Source: Deltaproteobacteria bacterium
Lineage (GTDB): Bacteria; Myxococcota; Kuafuiibacteriia; Kuafuiibacteriales; Kuafuiibacteriaceae
Direction of reading: 5' to 3'
DNA: 64,000 nt
NCBI GenBank assembly: GCA_040218735.1
Contig: JAVJQW010000067.1
Coordinates: 224,559 to 288,558, forward strand
Position numbers and translations under genes: made by a program
The notes under the pieces: model-generated
Seen by the model: only the letters and a program-made list of their open reading frames with translations
Told to the model about the DNA's origin: nothing
Databases searched by the model: none
Shown: piece by piece, positions 57,716 to 64,000 of the stretch
How positions within the stretch are numbered: the stretch's first letter is position 1
How the letters are laid out: each line of letters starts with the position of its first letter

Positions 57716-60142
57716 ATGGCTTTGTTCAGCTGGATACCGATGTTCGAAGAGCTCGCGGACGTCCTCCTCGCGTACCGAGATCGTCAGGCGGAGCTCATCG
57801 ACATGATCGAACAGATGCGCGCCTCGGGCCTCACGCCCGTCCTCGCGAATGACCAGCTCCCGGACGGGACGATCGGTCGACTCGCCGAGATCGATCCCTT
57901 CACGTTCTACGCGAACTTCAACCGCGGCATCACCGAGGCCAATCGTAAGGCCGTCCTCGCCGAGCTGAAGAAGCGGTTCGATCTGAAGTCCGACGTGCCC
58001 GATGACTTCCACGGGGTCCCCGTCGTGAACAACCAGGCGTCGTGGTTCTTTCGGTACGCCAAGGACCGGATGCCCACGGACGTCCCCGCGCTCTGGGATC
58101 TCGCGGAAGGTGTCTGCGCCGGGTCGGCCGATCAACTCGACGCCGACGTCTTCGACCGGGCGCTCGCCGTCAGCGGCGTCGGCCTCGCGAAGATGACCAT
58201 GGGGATGTTCTGGCTCCGTCCGCGATCCTACATCGCGCTCGACAAGAACATGCGCCACCGCCTCGCCCAGGCCCAGATCACGACCGACGGCGTGCGCACC
58301 CTGGCCGACTATCGACGGCTCCTCGAAGAGGCGCGTACGAAGCTCGGCGACAACATCGCGCAGATCTCCAACGACGCGTGGCTGAATCGCAGCATCCCCA
58401 CGAAGCGTTACTGGGCGGGCGGGCACCTCTGGAACGACGAGAGCAAGGTCGAACAATTCAAGACCGGCTCGTACTGGCAGCATGACTACGGACGAACGAA
58501 CGGTGGGTCCGAAGGCCGAAAGACCTGGCAGCTCTTCGATCAGATCCGTCCGGGTGACGAGCTCGCGATCAAGGGTTACGGCGGCCGCAATGATCTCGTC
58601 ATCTACTATGTCGGGGAGGTCGTCGCCGTCCGCCCCGACGAAGGGCGCGTCGATCTCCGCGCGCTCGACCGACCGCTCTTCCAGGGTAAAGGCCCGCGCG
58701 GCGCGTCGCCCGGGTGGTTCAAGACGCTGACCGAGGTCAGGGATCCCGCGGCGATCGAAGCCGTCTTCCACGGCAAGGCGGAGCCGGCACCGCCTCCGCC
58801 GGCGCGAAGAGTCGACCTTCCGCGAAACCTCATCCTCTACGGCCCACCCGGCACCGGCAAGACGTACCAGCTCCTGGAGTGGGCGCGCTCCAACTTCTCG
58901 GAACGGTCGACGACGCCGCACACCGGACCGAGCCCCGAGGCGGTCCAACAATTACCGCTGTGGCAAGTCATCGCGCTCGCGCTCCGCGACGCCCCCGACG
59001 GGCTCACGGTGCCCGAGCTCCTCGAACACCCGCTGGTGGTCATCAAGCGCGAGGCCTCCGAGAGCGCTAACTTCCGCGCTCAGGTCTGGGGCAACCTTCA
59101 GAAACACACCTTCGCCGACTGCCCCAACGTCGACTACACCAAACGTCGGGAGCCCCCACTCTTCTGGAAACACGAGGGTTCCCGCTGGACGGTGCGCGCT
59201 GAGTTACTCTCCGAAGTCATCGCCGACATCGAACAATTCACGAGCGCCGACAACAATATCCAGCGAAACCGATTCACCTTCGTCACATTTCACCAATCAC
59301 TCGCGTACGAGGACTTCGTCGAAGGCATCCGACCCATCGTGGACGAGGAGGACGAAGGCATCGCGTACCGCGTCGTCCCCGGGATCTTTCGGAGGATGGT
59401 CAACAAGGCGCTCGCCGACCCCGAGGGGCGCCCCCACGCCATCTTCATCGACGAAATCAACCGCGCCAATATCGCCAAGGTGTTCGGCGAGCTGCTTACG
59501 CTGCTCGAGGAGGACAAACGAATCGGCGCGTCCAACGAAACCGTCGTGCAGCTCCCCTACTCCGGCGAGTCCTTCGGCATCCCTTCGAACCTCTGGGTCA
59601 TCGGCTCGATGAACACCGCGGACCGCTCCATTGCGCTGTTGGACTCTGCGCTGCGGCGCCGCTTCGAGTTCCGCGAGATGCTCCCCGACCCCCAGGTCCT
59701 GCGCGACCACGTTGGTGACGGCGGGGTCGTCGAGGAGATCGACGTCGCCGCGCTCTTCGAACGCATCAACGAGCGCATCGCCTACCTCCACGGTCGCGAC
59801 CACATGCTGGGTCACAGCTACTTCCTCGACGTGACCAACCTCGACGACCTACGGAGACGGTTCGTCCACGGCGTCATCCCGCTCCTGACCGAATACTTCT
59901 ACGAAGACTGGGAGAAGGTGTGCCTCGTGCTCGGGTGCCCGCCGGCCGCCTTCGGCGGCTCCGGCAACGCCCACCCCATGATCGAGCGCCAAGTCATGAA
60001 CGCCAAGACGTTGTTCGGAGCGGGCGCCGCCCACATCGAGGCCACCCGACCTCACTACACCGTGTCCCGTCGATTCCTGAGCGCCGCACCGGATGAGCTG
60101 CGTACCTACTTCTGCAGCGCGATGGACGTACCCAACACCTGA
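57716..60142 (+). CDS. mcrB: McrB-family AAA+ GTPase with multiple N-terminal domains
   Basis: ILYGPPGTGKT, FVTFHQSLAYEDFVEG, IDEINRAN..VFGEL, MNTADRS, LRRRF, LGHSYF. Confidence 0.93.
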   Translation: MALFSWIPMFEELADVLLAYRDRQAELIDMIEQMRASGLTPVLANDQLPDGTIGRLAEIDPFTFYANFNRGITEANRKAVLAELKKRFDLKSDVPDDFHGVPVVNNQASWFFRYAKDRMPTDVPALWDLAEGVCAGSADQLDADVFDRALAVSGVGLAKMTMGMFWLRPRSYIALDKNMRHRLAQAQITTDGVRTLADYRRLLEEARTKLGDNIAQISNDAWLNRSIPTKRYWAGGHLWNDESKVEQFKTGSYWQHDYGRTNGGSEGRKTWQLFDQIRPGDELAIKGYGGRNDLVIYYVGEVVAVRPDEGRVDLRALDRPLFQGKGPRGASPGWFKTLTEVRDPAAIEAVFHGKAEPAPPPPARRVDLPRNLILYGPPGTGKTYQLLEWARSNFSERSTTPHTGPSPEAVQQLPLWQVIALALRDAPDGLTVPELLEHPLVVIKREASESANFRAQVWGNLQKHTFADCPNVDYTKRREPPLFWKHEGSRWTVRAELLSEVIADIEQFTSADNNIQRNRFTFVTFHQSLAYEDFVEGIRPIVDEEDEGIAYRVVPGIFRRMVNKALADPEGRPHAIFIDEINRANIAKVFGELLTLLEEDKRIGASNETVVQLPYSGESFGIPSNLWVIGSMNTADRSIALLDSALRRRFEFREMLPDPQVLRDHVGDGGVVEEIDVAALFERINERIAYLHGRDHMLGHSYFLDVTNLDDLRRRFVHGVIPLLTEYFYEDWEKVCLVLGCPPAAFGGSGNAHPMIERQVMNAKTLFGAGAAHIEATRPHYTVSRRFLSAAPDELRTYFCSAMDVPNT

Positions 60143-60145
60143 GTC

Positions 60146-61414
60146 ATGCGCCACCTCGTCATCAACGAGCACCGCAGGGTGTCGATCGGCCCCGAGGTCT
60201 CGCGAGAACAGGCCGACCAACTGCGGCGGTTCGACGACGCCCACGCCGCGCGCTTCGGCGGTCACGTCTTCGACTGGTCCGGAGCGCAGCACTTCTCCGC
60301 GCGCTCCTACGTCGGCGTCGTGGAGGTCCCCGGGTTGTCGGTCGAGATCCTCCCGAAGATCGACAGACCACCCTCCCAGAGCGGGTGCCGCCACAACGTC
60401 CTCTACATGCTGGAGGTCGGCGGCGGCCTGCGCGCGCGTCGCCGCTCCACCGCCTCTCTGCAATCCACCGACGCGCCGCTCCTCGACGCCTTCGCATCCA
60501 TCTTCGCCGACACACTCCTGCAGGAGCTCCAGGTCGGATTCGATCGCGGCTACACGACCCACGAAGCCAACCTCTCGACGGTCCGCGGGCGCCTCGTCCT
60601 CTCCGAGCACGCACGCCGCAACGCAATCCAGCAGCAGCGCGTTTACGTACGCTACGACGAGTTCACCGCCGACACCGCGCTCAACCGAACCCTGAAGGCC
60701 GCCGCGCGTCACCTCGTTCGGCGTGTCCGCAGCTTCGACGCCGCGCGTCGGCTCCGCGAAGTCATCGCGCGATTCGACGAAGTCACGGACGTCTCCGCGG
60801 CCCAGGCGCTGCAACCCGTCTTGCTCACTCGGCAGAACGAACGCTTTCGGGATCTGCTCGACTTCGCCCGCCTCGTCCTCGCCGGCGGCTCACCCCAACC
60901 AATCGCCGGCGCGGAGCGCTCGTTCAGCCTCCTCTTCCCGATGTACCTCGTGTTCGAGCGGTTCATCGCCGGGCTCCTCCGGCGGCACGTGGCATTCCTC
61001 GCGGCGGGCGGACTCCGAGTCGTCGCTCAGGCGCGCGGCGTTCACCTCGCCCACCACGGCGGCGACAACGTCTTCGAGCTCCAGCCCGACGTGCTCGGCC
61101 TCGACGACCACGGCGAGACCGCCTTCGTCCTCGACACCAAGTGGAAGGTCGTCGACGCCGAGCGACCCACGACCGGCGTCAACCAGGCCGACGCCTACCA
61201 GATGTTCGCCTACGCCGAGCGCTTCCGCGCCCCGCTCACGACGCTGCTCTACCCCTCACTGAGCCCGACGACGTTCGACGATCTGGCGTTCGCCGCGGGG
61301 GGCCGCAAGCTCCGCGTCGCGACGCTCGACCTCAGCGGCGACCTCCGCGCCGAGACCGACAGGCTCACCCGCGACGTCGCCGCCGTGCTCTCGAAGAGCT
61401 CGCCCCCGAACTAG
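60146..61414 (+). CDS. mcrC: McrC-family restriction endonuclease subunit
   Basis: YVGV..EILPKI, VFERF, LQPDV..LDTKWK, DAYQMFAY, LLYP; starts 3 nt after mcrB. Confidence 0.93.
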   Translation: MRHLVINEHRRVSIGPEVSREQADQLRRFDDAHAARFGGHVFDWSGAQHFSARSYVGVVEVPGLSVEILPKIDRPPSQSGCRHNVLYMLEVGGGLRARRRSTASLQSTDAPLLDAFASIFADTLLQELQVGFDRGYTTHEANLSTVRGRLVLSEHARRNAIQQQRVYVRYDEFTADTALNRTLKAAARHLVRRVRSFDAARRLREVIARFDEVTDVSAAQALQPVLLTRQNERFRDLLDFARLVLAGGSPQPIAGAERSFSLLFPMYLVFERFIAGLLRRHVAFLAAGGLRVVAQARGVHLAHHGGDNVFELQPDVLGLDDHGETAFVLDTKWKVVDAERPTTGVNQADAYQMFAYAERFRAPLTTLLYPSLSPTTFDDLAFAAGGRKLRVATLDLSGDLRAETDRLTRDVAAVLSKSSPPN

Positions 61415-61947
61415 GCGCCCAATGCCATTCACTTAGCGGATCTGACCACATGGAAAGGCCGTAGGCGGGGAATGACGCGCCCGACGCGCCTTGGAACCAT
61501 CGCCCGACACCGGAGTGCCGCGCCGGCCCGCGCGCTCCGCGCTCCACGTAGGCAGGAGGACGGCGGTAGGCTCCGCTCGATGGTCGCCGGCACTCCGCAA
61601 TGCTCCCCATGCAGCGCTCGCGGCGCGGTCATCCCTCAGATGGAGCTTCGCGGCCTCGCACGCGAGTAGCCCACGCTGCCTTCGACGCGTTCACGAGGTC
61701 AGGCGGGGATGGCCGGTCGCGCAAGCGGAGTTGCAAAGAATCTGCTTTCTGACTTTGGGGGTTGACGGAATCAAAGGCCCTGTCCGGGCCATCTCCTCGA
61801 CGAACGCAGTCCGTTTCGAAGTTTTCGAGCTTGGACGCATCGCCCGACGCTGACGGTCCATGGCGTGCGTCCTCGCACGTCTCAGACCGTCATCCTCGAG
61901 TCCTGCCGAATCGCGTTTCGAGGGCTCGATGATACCTTCGATACATG

Positions 61948-63998
61948 GTGCGTCGTGACGCGGACGGATCCGGAGACGCGCAAGCGTCGACGGATCGGTG
62001 CGCTGGCTACGCCTCTCCAACGGATGAGAGTTCCGTCCCGGTAAGCGCCGGAGCGCCGGGTAGCAGGCCCCAGGTCGAGAAGCGAGAGCGCTCGGCCCGA
62101 GCGGGGCGTCGAAAGCCTGCCGCGAGCAGGGAGCAAGCACGCGGGCCGCAACATGAAGTGAAGCCTGCAGCCTCGACAGATAGACAATCCGGGAGCCGAG
62201 CCGCTCATGTCACGGCGAAGGCAACACCTCGTGCGCCAGAGCCGGAGCGCTCGCGAGGTCCCGGCGGGGTATGGGGCGCAGCACGTGTGCAAGGAGAGGT
62301 GTGGAACACGAGAGGCCCGTCTCGTCGGCCTGTGTCAGGGCAAGGTGCGTCGTATAAGCCGAGGGCGAAATCGGCCACTGACGAGCGGGAGTCCGAGGGG
62401 AGCATAGTACCGAACGAAGACGCGTTAGCGTCTTCGACGAAGGTCGTGAGGCATAACTCGACCGGAGGGAAGGGTCCCTGCGGTGGTCACGTCGACGGAG
62501 CAGGTAAGCGCGAGGGCATGACCGGCAGGTCCGGTTCCAACTCCCCCCGGCGCCGCGAGGCGCCGGACAAAGTGCGACAACTGCAAAGGCGACTGTGGGT
62601 TGCAGCCAAGCGATCCCCCAACCGCCGTTTCCACGCGTTGTATGATCGCATCTACAGGCGTGACGTCCTGCGGGAAGCGTGGAGGCGGACGAAAGGCAAC
62701 CGCGGCTCGGCTGGGCTCGATGCGCAGACGATCGCGGATGTCGAGCAGTATGGTGTGGAGCTCTTCCTCAAAGAGCTCGGTGCTGATCTGCGGGCACGTC
62801 GGTACCGACCGCAAGCGGTCTTGCGCCGGTACATTCCGAAGGCTGATGGAAAGAAGAGGCCGTTGGGCATCCCGACGGTTCGAGACCGAGTCGTCCAAAC
62901 GGCGGCGAAGCTGGTGCTGGAGCCGATCTTCGAGGCGGACTTTCTTCCGTGCTCGTACGGCTTCCGTCCGAAGCGGAGCGCGACGATGGCCCTGGAGACC
63001 TTGCGCAAGCAAGGCGCGAAAGGTGGCCACTTCGTGTTCGACGCCGACATCGAGGATTACTTCGGGAGCATCGACCACGAGAAGCTGATGCAGCTGGTGG
63101 CTCGACGCATCTCGGACCGCGGCGTGCTCAAGCTGATTCGGCAATGGCTCGAAGCCGGGGTGATGGAAGACGGTGTGATGTCCCGAACCGTCGTCGGGTC
63201 TCCGCAAGGGGGAGTGATCTCTCCTTTACTGTCGAACATCTACCTGCACGTCTTGGACGTGCTCTGGAACCGCCACAGCGCGCCGCTCGGCGAACTTGTG
63301 CGATACGCGGACGACTTCGTGATCATTTGTCGGAGCAAGAAGGCCTGCGAGGAGGCAGAGGCGCGGATCCGGGTGATCCTGTCTCGTCTGGGGCTACGGC
63401 TCCATCCTGAGAAAACGAGGCGAGTGAAGCTCTACGACGGTGAAGAGGGCTTCGACTTCCTCGGCTGCCACCTGCGCAAACGCATGAGCGGGAAGATTTG
63501 GGAGCAGAAGCGCCAGCGCGTCTACTTCCTGCATCGATGGCCGTCTCATCGCTCGATGAAACGCATCCGCGAACGTGTGCGGGAACTGACCCACCGCGGT
63601 CGATGCCACGCGGATCTCCGCGACGTCATCCGCCGCTTGAACCCGGTGCTCCGGGGTTGGGCCAACTACTTCCGAACAGGCAATGCCGCGAAGCGCTTCA
63701 ACCAACTCGACACCTTCGTCTGGCAACGGCTGCGCGACCTCCTCATCGAGAGGAAAGGCCGCCACCTCCGTGCGGGCGAAGTGACGCGTTGGACGCGAGA
63801 TTTCTTCCACAACCTCGGACTGATCCGACTGCGGGGAACGGTGAAGTACCCGGAAACGCCGTTCTGGGGGAACGCGTAATGCAGCAACTCAAGAGACCAC
63901 CGGTAAGCCGTGTGCGGGAAATCCGCACGCACGGTTTGAAAGGGGGTCTTGATTCACTCTTCCGCCGAACGGCGGCAAAGGAATAAGGATCTACCAAT
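61948..63998 (+). mobile_element. group II intron (complete)
   Basis: 5' GTGCG at 61948; domain V AAGCCGTGTGCGGGAAATCCGCACGCACGGTTT at 63905-63937 (AGC triad); domain VI with bulged A, ending CTACCAAT at 63998. Confidence 0.88.
62518..63879 (+). CDS. ltrA: group II intron reverse transcriptase/maturase, no endonuclease domain
   Basis: RPLGIPTVRDR, SYGFRP, PQGGVISPLLSNIYL, RYADDF, FDFLG, domain X LRGWANYF; ends without HNH. Confidence 0.96.
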   Translation: MTGRSGSNSPRRREAPDKVRQLQRRLWVAAKRSPNRRFHALYDRIYRRDVLREAWRRTKGNRGSAGLDAQTIADVEQYGVELFLKELGADLRARRYRPQAVLRRYIPKADGKKRPLGIPTVRDRVVQTAAKLVLEPIFEADFLPCSYGFRPKRSATMALETLRKQGAKGGHFVFDADIEDYFGSIDHEKLMQLVARRISDRGVLKLIRQWLEAGVMEDGVMSRTVVGSPQGGVISPLLSNIYLHVLDVLWNRHSAPLGELVRYADDFVIICRSKKACEEAEARIRVILSRLGLRLHPEKTRRVKLYDGEEGFDFLGCHLRKRMSGKIWEQKRQRVYFLHRWPSHRSMKRIRERVRELTHRGRCHADLRDVIRRLNPVLRGWANYFRTGNAAKRFNQLDTFVWQRLRDLLIERKGRHLRAGEVTRWTRDFFHNLGLIRLRGTVKYPETPFWGNA

Positions 63999-64000
63999 GA

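Noticed and set aside
57457-57717. Small minus-strand ORF with TPAERLQTALDLFDLSVRTFRQRLARE, antitoxin-like
   Set aside because: Only a short segment looks protein-like and there is no partner toxin; at most a fragment
62518-63879. RT as retron, DGR or defence RT next to McrBC
   Set aside because: Has maturase domain X and flanking intron domains V/VI with GTGCG start; ordinary group II intron

Overview
GC-rich bacterial chromosome segment. A MYXO-CTERM-like sorting tail, FHA/sigma-54 activators and DUF4781-like proteins suggest Myxococcota. Bases 1-25.1 kb are mostly core genes: ECF sigma factor, three sigma-54 activators, an M16 peptidase pair, subtilase, nadC and birA. An ~11.2 kb integrative element sits in tRNA-Ala(GGC), bounded by a perfect 47-bp att duplication (25201-25247 / 36349-36395). 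It carries a tyrosine integrase, a type I R-M system, a cytoplasmic trypsin-like protease and a two-gene operon (aromatic-rich sensor-like domain fused to a calcineurin-like phosphoesterase, plus a nucleoside-deoxyribosyltransferase-like protein) that is a candidate nucleotide-sensing anti-phage module. Further right are two polymorphic toxin/immunity-like cassettes (39.1-41.3 kb and 52.0-55.5 kb) that share the same upstream layout: a sigma-54 -24/-12 motif, a TTCGTCCGG box at the same 27-nt offset, and a near-leaderless start. Also present are a decayed PLD, a TauD/GRDP-like pair, a Z-alpha-like wHTH-UvrD helicase with a PD-(D/E)xK partner, McrBC, and a complete group II intron. All family assignments come from motif recognition by eye; no database searches were run. 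Several single-base disruptions could be assembly errors.
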